From: an uncultured Pseudomonadales bacterium
Lineage (GTDB): Bacteria; Patescibacteriota; Microgenomatia; UBA1400; PJMF01
Assembly (NCBI GenBank): GCA_964447075.1
Contig: CAYUQY010000001.1
Location: forward strand, 41,202 to 105,201
Direction: 5' to 3'
DNA length: 64,000 nucleotides
Position 1 is the stretch's first letter. Every line of letters begins with the position of its first letter. Positions 16,740 through 26,121 of this stretch are shown here, in pieces. The position numbers and the translations under genes were made by a program. The notes under the pieces were generated by a model that was not told the DNA's origin, made no database searches, and worked only from the letters and a program-made list of their open reading frames with translations.

Positions 16740-17933
16740 TTAAGATTTTAGCTTAAGTTTGAAGAATAGTCTCTTGCCTATTTTAAGAGTGGAGACAGTC
16801 TTAGGGTCGAGCATCTCTAGTACGTTAAGGGGTCTTTTTCCAGATGGTTGAATCTCTATTCCTGCTTGACCTATCAATCTTTTTAGCTCACTGGAGCCAG
16901 TCTTGGGAGAGCAAAGCTTGCAGAGCTCCAGGATAGTTATTGGATGGTTGGGAACCGTGACAAGAGTAGCTTCATCTGGAGATTCTTTATTTTGGACAGT
17001 TTTTTCGAAGTACTGTGCCGCTTGTTGAGCTAGTTGGGCTGAGTGATATTGAGCAGTAATTGTCAGGGCCAGCATTTTCTTGGCCGACATGGGATTTTCA
17101 CCTTTGGCTATGGAGGTAGAAATATTATTGATATCACTGTCTGAAATGTCAGTCAAAACTGTGAAGTACTCTAAGATTTGAGTATCATCAATCGACATCA
17201 ACTTGCCGTACATGTCGTTTGGGGCTTCAGTCAGAGCGATGTAGTTGTTGTATGACTTACTCATTTTGCGTCCATCGGTGCCGTTGATGATTGGAGTGGT
17301 GAGCACCCACTTCTCATGGTTGTTGTAGGAGCGCTGAAGCTGTCGACCCATCATCATGTTAAATGTTTGATCACTGCCACCTATCTCTAGATCGACGTTG
17401 AGAGCTACAGAGTCGTAGCCTTGAAGGAGTGGGTAGATAATCTCATGACCAAAAATAGGCTGGCTACTCTTGATGCGACTCTGGAACATATCCCTCTCGA
17501 TGAGTTGTTGGACTGTGGTTTGGGAGAGCAGCTTGATGATGTCTACATAACTGAGCTTATCAAGCCAGTCACCGTTATGGACGATTTTGATTTTGCTAAA
17601 GTCTAAGACTTTGGCAGCTTGTGCAGCCCAGTCTCTGAAGTTAGCTTCGATCACTTGGTCAGTTAAAACTGGTCGTGTACTGTCGCGCCCAGTTGGATCA
17701 CCAATTTTGACTGTGCCATTGCCGATTAGCAGTATCACCTCGTGACCAAGATCAGCAAACTGTTGGAGCTTGCGCAGCACGACCGAGTGACCAAGAGTGA
17801 GAAATGCGCCTGTGGGATCAATCCCGAGATAGAGGCGAATTTTGCGTTGTGCCATGAGCTCAGCGAGAGACTGGGCGCTAGGCAAGACCTCTGTCACGCC
17901 GCGAGTCAGGATGGTGGGGAGGGAGTTTGGCAT
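16740..17933 (-). CDS. tyrS: Tyrosyl-tRNA synthetase with C-terminal S4-like domain
   Basis: GIDPTGAFLTLGHSVVL (TyrRS-type HIGH region), KMSKS motif, ~400 aa with C-terminal extension (longer than TrpRS). Confidence 0.8.
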   Translation of the reverse strand: MPNSLPTILTRGVTEVLPSAQSLAELMAQRKIRLYLGIDPTGAFLTLGHSVVLRKLQQFADLGHEVILLIGNGTVKIGDPTGRDSTRPVLTDQVIEANFRDWAAQAAKVLDFSKIKIVHNGDWLDKLSYVDIIKLLSQTTVQQLIERDMFQSRIKSSQPIFGHEIIYPLLQGYDSVALNVDLEIGGSDQTFNMMMGRQLQRSYNNHEKWVLTTPIINGTDGRKMSKSYNNYIALTEAPNDMYGKLMSIDDTQILEYFTVLTDISDSDINNISTSIAKGENPMSAKKMLALTITAQYHSAQLAQQAAQYFEKTVQNKESPDEATLVTVPNHPITILELCKLCSPKTGSSELKRLIGQAGIEIQPSGKRPLNVLEMLDPKTVSTLKIGKRLFFKLKLKS

Positions 17934-18270
17934 AGATATAAATTACTAGCAGGACAATTATAAGCGCAATTTAGCAATAGTGTAGGATGACCCTAATACT
18001 AATACTCAGTGTAATTAAGTAGTACTTAATTTTTCTTGTTTGTCACTTTTTATTATCTAACAAACGCGCTTCTGCCTGACGTATTACTTTCTCCCCATTG
18101 AATATTGTCTTCATGTGATGCAACTTCTGCTGCACCAAAGATTAATTGCCATTGGATCATCAAATTATAAGCATCTATAGGAGCTAGATTGGCATAAGAA
18201 TTACTATCTAGTCCACAATCTATTGCCCAGTTCGGAATTTCACTCATACCCATCCTTTCTCACAACCAAA

Positions 18271-18292
18271 AACCCCCGCTTGTGGCGGGGGT
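18271..18292. terminator. GC-rich hairpin (ACCCCCGC-TTGTG-GCGGGGGT) flanked by an A-run on one side and a T-rich tract on the other; bidirectional terminator-like or attenuator-like element
   Basis: Perfect 8-bp GC stem read directly. T-rich downstream on + (TTGATTGTGTTTATTTTATTATTTTT). A5 upstream gives T5 on the minus strand. Sits between divergent PBP1A (+) and a small ORF/tyrS (-). Confidence 0.4.
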
Positions 18293-18496
18293 TGATTGTG
18301 TTTATTTTATTATTTTTACAACAACTTAAACCCCGCCTCTTTTGTGAGAGGTAAGAAGATAGGATTTAATAAAGTGTTGTTGTGTCGACATTTGAGTGGA
18401 GATTATTATATTGATAAATGGTTACAAATCAAGCATTAATTCTTAGGTCTCAATACCTAACTATGATCTGGAGGCAGTACTTGGTACAATAGGGCC

Positions 18497-21289
18497 ATGC
18501 TCTCATTATTTAACAGGCTGCAGTTATGGTTTCTGCTGCAGCTTCAGAAACTAAGCTCCAGGTGGAGCTGGTATCGATCTCATCGCTCGTACAAGGTGCG
18601 CAAGTCATCCTCAACAGATCCTGAGCTCAAGAAGCTCAAGTGGATCAAGATTTTTCGCATTTTTTCTATTTTACTAGTTTTTGGGGTAGTGATAGCTTTC
18701 ATTGCTTTCTTGTTTCTCTTTGCTTGGTTCTCTCGCGATCTACCCAGACCTGGCCAAGTTGTGCGAAAAGATGGTTTTTCTACCAAGCTTTTTGATCGTA
18801 ATGGTGCTCTGCTCTATGATCTTCATGCAGATCAGAGACGTGATCCCGTGACTCTGGACAAAGTTCCGGAGTACTTGAAGTGGGCCACTATAAGTGTTGA
18901 GGATAAAGATTTTTACAAGCATCAGGGCTTTGATCCGCTCACACCTTTGCGCATGGGTTACTACTTTCTTAAGGACGGTAAAGTAATTGGTGGTTCAACA
19001 CTGACTCAACAGTTGGTTAAAAATGTTCTTCTGACCAACGAGAGAAGCTTCGGTCGCAAGTTTCGTGAGTTAGTTCTTTCGATACAGATAGAACAGACCT
19101 ATACCAAAGATCAGCTTTTAGAGATGTACATCAATGAAGCCCCATATGGAGGTACTGCATGGGGAGTTGGTACCGCTTCCAGACTTTATTTTGACAAACC
19201 TGTCTCTGAGCTGGGCTTGGTGGAGTCAGCCATTCTAGCGGGACTTCCCCAGCGACCTACAGCCTACTCTCCCTACGGTGGTAAGCTTGACGACGACGGT
19301 ACTCCTCTCTGGAAAGTGCGGAGTAAGGGAGTTCTGCGCAGAATGTTTGAGGATCAGCACATCAGCAAAATTGAGTATGATCAAGCCTTAATAGACTTAG
19401 AGTCAGTTGAGTTTAAGCGCCAAGCCAATGACCTTCAGGCCCCGCACTTTGTCTACTATGTGCGCGATCAGCTGATTGAGCTTCTAGGAAGCGAAGACAT
19501 GGTACTTAAGGGTGGCCTAAAAGTAACTACCTCACTAGATTTAAATCTTCAAAACGACACTCAACAGATTGTGAGTGACGAGATTGCCAAAGTCAGTGAG
19601 CCTTTTCACATCACAAATGGAGCAGCTGTAGTAGTCAACCCTGTCACAGGCGAGATCTTAGCAATGGTTGGGAGTGCTGACTACAACAATGATGAGATTG
19701 GTGGTAAGTACAACGTGATCACCAACGATGATCTAGGTAGACAACCAGGATCTTCGATCAAGCCACTCACCTACTTAATGATGTTGCGCAAAGGTTATAC
19801 GCCAGCATCTGTTTTGGCTGATGTGCCCACTATATTTACACCTAATGACTCGGCCAAAAAATACGAGCCCAAGAACTACAACGGTAAATTCAATGGTCTA
19901 GTTAATCTAAGAACTTCACTTGCCAGTTCTCTCAATATTCCTGCAGTCAAGTCGCTCGCTATAGTGGGTATTTCCGACTTTTTAACTCAAGCTGAGGATA
20001 TGGGTTTTGTAGGCTTGGCACCAACTCCAGAGAACTTATCAAGATTCGGCTTGGCCGTAACTTTGGGTGGCGCCGAAGTTCATCCTCTTGAGACAGCTAC
20101 GGCTTACTCGTCATTTGCCAATGGTGGGAGCAGAGTCGAGCCTGTCTCGATTCTCAAAGTTGAAGATAGAAGCGGCAACATTCTTTTTGAGCACCACAGC
20201 GTGACTGGTAGAAGAGTCATGAGTGAAGAAGAAGCTTTTTTGATTAATCATATGTTATCTGACAACGCAGCTCGCACTCTTGCTTTCGGAGCTAGCTCCC
20301 TGCTGAATGCTGGAACAGGTGTGGCTGTCAAAACTGGAACGACCAACGATCGTAAAGACAACTGGACAGTAGGTTGGAGTAAGTCAGCATTGGTGACTGT
20401 TTGGGTAGGAAATAATGACAACTCCCAGATGAAACAAGTGGCTTCAGGTGTCTCTGGTGCCTCACCGATTTGGCGCAAGATCATGAAGCATCTGATAGAA
20501 AATGGCTTCGAGACGAGTGAGTGGGTGATGCCCGAAGGTGTAGAAAAAGTAGAAGTAGATGTTGTTTCTGGATACTCTAAACATGATGAATTTCCTAGTT
20601 ATGAAGAGTATGTGATCAAGGGTACTCTACCTGCTCCACCTGACCCGATTCATCGTAAGGTCAAGCTCTGTCGTGGCGAGCGCAAGCTTGCGACTGATGC
20701 CAAGATCAATGCTGGAGACTACGATGAAAAAGAGATGATTATCCTCCAGGAGCTTGACCCATTTAGTCAGGACGGCGTCAATCGTTGGCAGATCGGGATC
20801 GATGCCTGGGCGGCAGGACAAGATGAGAAGTATCGCTTGCCCACTGAGTACTGCGGAGACTCCAGTGACATCTCAGTCAGAATGAGTCGTCCAGAAAATG
20901 AGCGCAAGTACGACAGTGAGGAGATTGAGGTAGAAGTCGATGCCGATTCTGGTGATGGGATTGAAAAAATTGAGATTTGGGTTGATGGCTCGATTAGGGA
21001 AACTGTTGGCGGTCGTACCTATCGAGGAAAGTTGCGCATAAATAGTGGTCAGCATGAGATTTTTGCTAAGGCTCGCAGCCGAGGCGGAAAAGAAGCTTCA
21101 TCCCAAATCATGAAGATAGGCACTGGTGGTCAGGACTGGAAGAAACCAGAGCCATCACCCTCACCTACTCCTCCACCACCTCCACCTAGCCCATCCATAG
21201 TACCCTCGCCGACTCCACCACCGACTCCACCACCGACTCCGCCAGCCACAGTACCACCGGCGACTCCTCCGGCCTCACCTGCTCCTTAA
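18497..21289 (+). CDS. Class A penicillin-binding protein (PBP1A family: glycosyltransferase GT51 plus transpeptidase) with an extra C-terminal domain and Pro-rich tail
   Basis: N-terminal TM. GT51 motifs (EDKDFYKHQGFD, GGSTLTQQL). Transpeptidase SxxK (GSSIKP), SxN-like and KTGTT. C-terminal PEPSPSPTPPPPPPSPSIVPSPTPPPTPPPTPPATVPPATPPASPAP. Confidence 0.85.
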   Translation: MLSLFNRLQLWFLLQLQKLSSRWSWYRSHRSYKVRKSSSTDPELKKLKWIKIFRIFSILLVFGVVIAFIAFLFLFAWFSRDLPRPGQVVRKDGFSTKLFDRNGALLYDLHADQRRDPVTLDKVPEYLKWATISVEDKDFYKHQGFDPLTPLRMGYYFLKDGKVIGGSTLTQQLVKNVLLTNERSFGRKFRELVLSIQIEQTYTKDQLLEMYINEAPYGGTAWGVGTASRLYFDKPVSELGLVESAILAGLPQRPTAYSPYGGKLDDDGTPLWKVRSKGVLRRMFEDQHISKIEYDQALIDLESVEFKRQANDLQAPHFVYYVRDQLIELLGSEDMVLKGGLKVTTSLDLNLQNDTQQIVSDEIAKVSEPFHITNGAAVVVNPVTGEILAMVGSADYNNDEIGGKYNVITNDDLGRQPGSSIKPLTYLMMLRKGYTPASVLADVPTIFTPNDSAKKYEPKNYNGKFNGLVNLRTSLASSLNIPAVKSLAIVGISDFLTQAEDMGFVGLAPTPENLSRFGLAVTLGGAEVHPLETATAYSSFANGGSRVEPVSILKVEDRSGNILFEHHSVTGRRVMSEEEAFLINHMLSDNAARTLAFGASSLLNAGTGVAVKTGTTNDRKDNWTVGWSKSALVTVWVGNNDNSQMKQVASGVSGASPIWRKIMKHLIENGFETSEWVMPEGVEKVEVDVVSGYSKHDEFPSYEEYVIKGTLPAPPDPIHRKVKLCRGERKLATDAKINAGDYDEKEMIILQELDPFSQDGVNRWQIGIDAWAAGQDEKYRLPTEYCGDSSDISVRMSRPENERKYDSEEIEVEVDADSGDGIEKIEIWVDGSIRETVGGRTYRGKLRINSGQHEIFAKARSRGGKEASSQIMKIGTGGQDWKKPEPSPSPTPPPPPPSPSIVPSPTPPPTPPPTPPATVPPATPPASPAP

Positions 21290-22738
21290 AGAAAAATATC
21301 CTGGCAGAAGTAAGATGAGTAAACCAATTTGTTGGGTGAGAATATAGTGGTCCAAACTGATGAGGGGCAAGAAAACTAACAGGAAGAGAACACGATGGAA
21401 ATTGAGTGATCTAGAAGAGTTAATTTCTGAGCCTAGATTATCTGACTTAACTTGATGCAAATTTGAATCTTCCAGCTCAATTTTATTATGTCTTAATGAA
21501 TCTTTTTGAAATGCCTTGGTTATGGCATCTGACATGACTACTGTTCCAGTTATCAAAGTCAGTATCCCTAAGACTCCAGTCTCAGCTAGGAGCAGAAGAC
21601 CCACATGATGGGCTGGCTGTAGAAATCTGATAGCGTCAGGCCAGATGATGCTCATACTTGAGGAAAAATCTTCAATTTTGGCTGTAAATGAGTTAAGTCC
21701 GACTCCAAAGGTTGGGTTAGAGAGAAACATCTTCCAGGCAACTTCGTTAAAGAAAATTCTTTTTGAGAACGATGTCTGATCTAGAAAGTTCCCAATGGTC
21801 AAAGAGTGTATAAGTTTTAAAACATTGGGTGACAAGAGATGAACAAGTAAGTATAAGTGGAGAGTTAAGTACAAGATAAGTTGGAGGTATTTTCTTTTGA
21901 TGTGGTTTAGGAATACTTTCCAGAAAAAAATAAATACTATGGCAAATCCAAGTGATATCCAGGCAGAAATGGACTGGGTGAGATAGAGAGTGATAAGACT
22001 AAGCGACCAAACTAATAGGTTTCGGATCGTAACAAGCAAGTTGTCAGAATCATCAGCTCTGCTGAGTTTTACTGTCGAGTCGTCTTGTTGAGTCAGAAGG
22101 TAAAAAACTAGGAGATAAATAACCAGGACACCTCCAAGAATATTAGGATGAGGAGTCGTGCCATAGGGAGAAATACGGTAGGTGTCGTCAATCTGCGCTA
22201 ATTGAATTCCAACAGATGCGTCCAAGCGAGTTTCACCTAAGTAGGAGTAGGATGGAAAAACACTTCTCTGGAGTTGGTACTGCAGAATACCCAAGCTTGA
22301 TTGGAAAAGCATGGTGATTACTACAGCCCACTTTAATAATTTGGGTTTAAAAACTTGTTTGTGATAGAGGCTAAGATAGCCAAATAAATACAGAGTCAAA
22401 ACTTTGGCAAAGTACCAAATTGAGACCACTGGAGTAGGACTCCAGATCTGTCTAGTTACAAGAGCTGCTAGGCAGATAAGCAAGAGGTTCGTTTTTTTAG
22501 ATGGCAATCTGACTTCACGATTTTTCCCCCGCCAAACTTCTTCTATGACCCATATGACTATCAAGAGCAGTATTGGTAAGTCACTGGCATACAGCTTTGG
22601 AATTAGATAATCTACGCGCAAGCCATGGACATAAGCAGAGCTTTCAGAGAGAGTTAAAAAAAGATTGGAAGGCGTGAGAAAGATGACTGAACAGATCAAT
22701 AAATTAACAAAGTACACATACAGTTGTCGTAACTGCAT
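21275..22738 (-). CDS. Polytopic membrane protein, possibly O-antigen-ligase/Wzy-like or a GT-C-type glycan polymerase
   Basis: About 10-12 predicted hydrophobic segments with one larger loop. No catalytic motif confirmed. The 3' end overlaps the PBP1A 3' end by 15 nt (convergent). Confidence 0.35.
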   Translation of the reverse strand: MQLRQLYVYFVNLLICSVIFLTPSNLFLTLSESSAYVHGLRVDYLIPKLYASDLPILLLIVIWVIEEVWRGKNREVRLPSKKTNLLLICLAALVTRQIWSPTPVVSIWYFAKVLTLYLFGYLSLYHKQVFKPKLLKWAVVITMLFQSSLGILQYQLQRSVFPSYSYLGETRLDASVGIQLAQIDDTYRISPYGTTPHPNILGGVLVIYLLVFYLLTQQDDSTVKLSRADDSDNLLVTIRNLLVWSLSLITLYLTQSISAWISLGFAIVFIFFWKVFLNHIKRKYLQLILYLTLHLYLLVHLLSPNVLKLIHSLTIGNFLDQTSFSKRIFFNEVAWKMFLSNPTFGVGLNSFTAKIEDFSSSMSIIWPDAIRFLQPAHHVGLLLLAETGVLGILTLITGTVVMSDAITKAFQKDSLRHNKIELEDSNLHQVKSDNLGSEINSSRSLNFHRVLFLLVFLPLISLDHYILTQQIGLLILLLPGYFSLRSR

Positions 22739-22921
22739 ATTTTTCTTCAGGCAGTCTGGTTATTGCTGACTCTGATAGCTTAGTGCATAGCTACCCACTT
22801 GAGGGCAATGAGAATTACTGCTACTACAAAGAGTACCACAAGAAAAATAACTGTGTTGCGATGCATCTTAAGGTATTGTAGCCTGGTAGATAGGCTAGGT
22901 CAAACATGATGAAAAGTATCT

Positions 22922-24946
22922 CTAAGAGTTAGGTAAAGATGGAACTTTACCTACTAGTTTGCCCTGCCATTTTTTTTCAACTCTCTTGATAACTTCATCT
23001 CGAATTTTTGCTACTTGGTCACTGGCAATATTCTGTTCTGGATCATGGTAAATGAGGGAGAGGGAAGCATTGGCAGCATAAGAATTAGCAAATGTCACAC
23101 TAGAGAGTAATGGCGATAGTTGTGACAAATCATCAATTAGATATCCAATATTTGTCTTCTCTGGCATTGTAAAAGTAAGATCTTCAAGGACCATACTAGT
23201 CTTTGGGATAGGTTTGTACGCCGGATGAGTTTTTGATAGAGAAACTAGTGAGCCTATTGAGAGCTCAACTACGACATGTCCAGATCTATAAATGCCAATA
23301 ACTCCTAGGGAGCTCTTGCTATTCTGAGCGATGAGTCTGGCTGATTGGGAGTAGCCTGGTTTAGCTTCTAAATCTACGACGACGGAAAAGTTCTGAATAA
23401 AAAGCTGGTTGAGAAGAGCATTGAGGTCGCTTCGTACTTGAGGTAACTCTCTCTTGGAGACTAGAACAAGACTTAAATTTTCTAACGGTAATTTATTTTC
23501 GAGAGGCTCGTAAGTGTTGGCTACTTCAAAAACATCACAGAGCGCTGAGACTCCTGTACCTTGGTTGGCTAAGAGTATCTCTATCAGAGAAGGTACGAGA
23601 GAGCGTCTAAGATACTCTCTATCTGAAGTAAGGGGATTGAGGAGCTTGAGGTGAGAGTCGAGTGAGTACTCAGATTGTTGGGCAAGCTCGCTGCTGACCA
23701 TAGAGTAGGTGTAGACTTCTTGCCAGCCTATGGCAGACAAGAATCTCTTGAGTCTATTTTCGATCACAAAGCTGGTCCCTGTAGGCTTGATGACCGGTAT
23801 AGGTGTATTCATGATTTTGCTAGGTAAGTTGTGATAACCGTAGATGCGAGCTACTTCTTCTATAACTTCTGCAGGAATACACAACTCACTTCGATAAGTA
23901 GGGGGTGTAACCAGAATCTCATTTTTTTCAGCTAACACATGACAACCCAAATCTTCAAGTATGGAGGTTATTTTTGAGGTAGGTAACTCTAGTCCCATGT
24001 AGTCATAGATTTTTTGAAGAGGAACAGTGAGCTGCTGTGGAACTTTTTGACCTGGGAACTCATCGTATACCTTACTTGAGACTTGAGCCTTTGCTAGTTG
24101 CTTAAAAAATTCTACTCCAAGCTGAAGAGTAGGTAGAGCTAGTTCTGGATCAACATTCTTTTCAAGAAGTTGTGCGGCCACGGTACGAATTGCATGCGTC
24201 ATCGAGGCGAAACGCACTTTTTCTGCCTTGATAGACTCGATGAAAAGTAAGACATTTTTGGTAGAGTCTTGGATGGCAGAGTTGAGTGTGCCTTTGATGC
24301 TGGGTAAGTCTATTACTTCTCCCTTTTGGTTTTCAAACACTACTTCCCCACCCACAGTTGCGTACTCTGCTCCATCCAAAGTCGTCATTTTTTGTCCTTT
24401 TTTTGCTTCGACGACTCTTATTTCACCACCCAAGCTCATGATGGAGTCATAGTCAAAGGCGTGACAAGGATGGCCCAACTCGTGTGTGATGTAGTTGGTA
24501 ATATCGATCACGACATCGTGGACATTGATCTCAATTTGGCGTAGACGTTTGGCCATCCACTCTGGAGTTGAAGATCTTTGAACATTGCTCAAAACTACGC
24601 ATAAAGTTCGATTATTGAGTTTGGGATCATTGGTAATTTTAGGAAGAGGAAGTTCCCTACCTGATTGAGTCTGAGTAGTATTGGCAACCTCTAGTTTCTT
24701 AGCTGAAAATTGAGCTTTGATGCCGAACTGCTTGAGTATCACCGCCGCTTCTCGAGCTATGCCCATGACAGACATACTGTCAACGCGGTTGGTTGTGACC
24801 TCGATGTCGTAAACACTCTCCCCTTCTCGCTCGTAGATGCGCTCTACAGAAGGCCCGCAAAGCGAAAGATACTGTTGGATCTGCAGAGGTGTAGCCTCAG
24901 TGATGAGGTACTCGCGTAGCCAAGAGTCTGGGATGAGGATGTTCAT
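22922..24946 (-). CDS. pheT: Phenylalanyl-tRNA synthetase beta subunit, short form lacking the N-terminal tRNA-binding domain
   Basis: Starts directly with the B3/B4 region MNILIPDSWLREY. B5 and catalytic-like domains present. 674 aa, versus ~800 aa typical. Confidence 0.85.
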   Translation of the reverse strand: MNILIPDSWLREYLITEATPLQIQQYLSLCGPSVERIYEREGESVYDIEVTTNRVDSMSVMGIAREAAVILKQFGIKAQFSAKKLEVANTTQTQSGRELPLPKITNDPKLNNRTLCVVLSNVQRSSTPEWMAKRLRQIEINVHDVVIDITNYITHELGHPCHAFDYDSIMSLGGEIRVVEAKKGQKMTTLDGAEYATVGGEVVFENQKGEVIDLPSIKGTLNSAIQDSTKNVLLFIESIKAEKVRFASMTHAIRTVAAQLLEKNVDPELALPTLQLGVEFFKQLAKAQVSSKVYDEFPGQKVPQQLTVPLQKIYDYMGLELPTSKITSILEDLGCHVLAEKNEILVTPPTYRSELCIPAEVIEEVARIYGYHNLPSKIMNTPIPVIKPTGTSFVIENRLKRFLSAIGWQEVYTYSMVSSELAQQSEYSLDSHLKLLNPLTSDREYLRRSLVPSLIEILLANQGTGVSALCDVFEVANTYEPLENKLPLENLSLVLVSKRELPQVRSDLNALLNQLFIQNFSVVVDLEAKPGYSQSARLIAQNSKSSLGVIGIYRSGHVVVELSIGSLVSLSKTHPAYKPIPKTSMVLEDLTFTMPEKTNIGYLIDDLSQLSPLLSSVTFANSYAANASLSLIYHDPEQNIASDQVAKIRDEVIKRVEKKWQGKLVGKVPSLPNS

Positions 24947-24960
24947 AGATTTGTCCTTAA

Positions 24961-26109
24961 TTACTTCTGGTAAGAGATGAATTGTTTGTAAATAGTATTT
25001 TGATGAAGAACTTTGGGTCGAGAGGTTGCTGGATCGATGGTAGTAGAAATAAATTCATATGTGAGTGCTAAGCATTTTTTACTATCTGAAAAAGGACATT
25101 CAGTTGGTCCGCGCTCTGACGGCGTGAGGGCGAGAAAACCATACTCACTTGCAGTGAAATCTGCAGGGTACTTGTCCACTGAAGTGCGTAGCGACGCTCC
25201 TCCAGTTCCGGCCACTAGGAGTCTAGTTTTACACTCTGATGAGTTATTACTTAAGAGCTGGTTGTCTTCCATGAGATGGGCGTGGCCAGAGATGTAGACA
25301 TCAGCATGAGCGCATAGTACTTCTTTTAAATCATCTTTACCTGTGAAGTTCTCACTAACTTTAGACTCCTCATTGCTGGTCATAGGTCTGTGTCCTATGA
25401 CTATTTGCCACTCTCTGAACTCTGGAGCTGTAAAGTACTTTTTATGATCATACTTGAGGGTATCAAGCAACCAGTCTAGCTGTTTTTGATCGAGGGATTC
25501 AGTATCGATGGTGGAAAACTCAACCAGACCAAAGGAGGTGAGGTAGTAAGCAGCTGGCATTTGCCAGTTGGTCACTTTACCAGTCATTTGGAGGTAGCAA
25601 TCTCTGCAGCCAAGGTAGTCGTGATTGCCGTAAGCTATGTAGAAAGGCAGATCTATATCTTTATATGGCTTGGTGAAGCGCTCAGTTATGATGGGATCAT
25701 CGATTGATTTGACACCCTCTTCATAGATAACATCTCCAGCGATAAAAATAGCTTGGCAGTTTTTTACCTGATCGCAGAAAGACTTTATAGTCTTGGCAAC
25801 AGTGTATTGATTGGCATCCCCAGAGCCTGTATCACCCATCACTATGTAGGTAGCAGGAGGAGTCAGCTGTACTGCGTCAGGGTTGGGTAGCTGCTGGACG
25901 GCTGGCAGTTTTTCTTTACTAAGATAAGGTTGGACTAAGGAAGGAAAATTTCTTACTCCCACCTGTACCCTTCTAAGCCACTTCGCATCCACTCCTGTGA
26001 CAGCCAAAAAAAGAAGCAAAACTACGATAGAGCCAATGAGCTTAGCGACCAGCTTGATTTTGAACATGTCCGATCTAACTGTTGGAGTGATGATGGTTTT
26101 GAGCTTCAT
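24961..26109 (-). CDS. Membrane-anchored calcineurin-like metallophosphoesterase (purple-acid-phosphatase-like)
   Basis: N-terminal TM (LIGSIVVLLLFLAVTGV). MPE motifs GDTGSGD, GDVIYE, GNHDY, GHAH. Confidence 0.7.
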   Translation of the reverse strand: MKLKTIITPTVRSDMFKIKLVAKLIGSIVVLLLFLAVTGVDAKWLRRVQVGVRNFPSLVQPYLSKEKLPAVQQLPNPDAVQLTPPATYIVMGDTGSGDANQYTVAKTIKSFCDQVKNCQAIFIAGDVIYEEGVKSIDDPIITERFTKPYKDIDLPFYIAYGNHDYLGCRDCYLQMTGKVTNWQMPAAYYLTSFGLVEFSTIDTESLDQKQLDWLLDTLKYDHKKYFTAPEFREWQIVIGHRPMTSNEESKVSENFTGKDDLKEVLCAHADVYISGHAHLMEDNQLLSNNSSECKTRLLVAGTGGASLRTSVDKYPADFTASEYGFLALTPSERGPTECPFSDSKKCLALTYEFISTTIDPATSRPKVLHQNTIYKQFISYQK

Positions 26110-26121
26110 GATGAGTGATGA

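Noticed and set aside
17934-18300. T-box riboswitch upstream of tyrS
   Set aside because: Looked for the conserved T-box sequence (AGGGTGGnACCGCG) and a Tyr specifier arrangement on the minus strand. Only a plain GC hairpin was found, so it is reported as a generic terminator/attenuator candidate instead.
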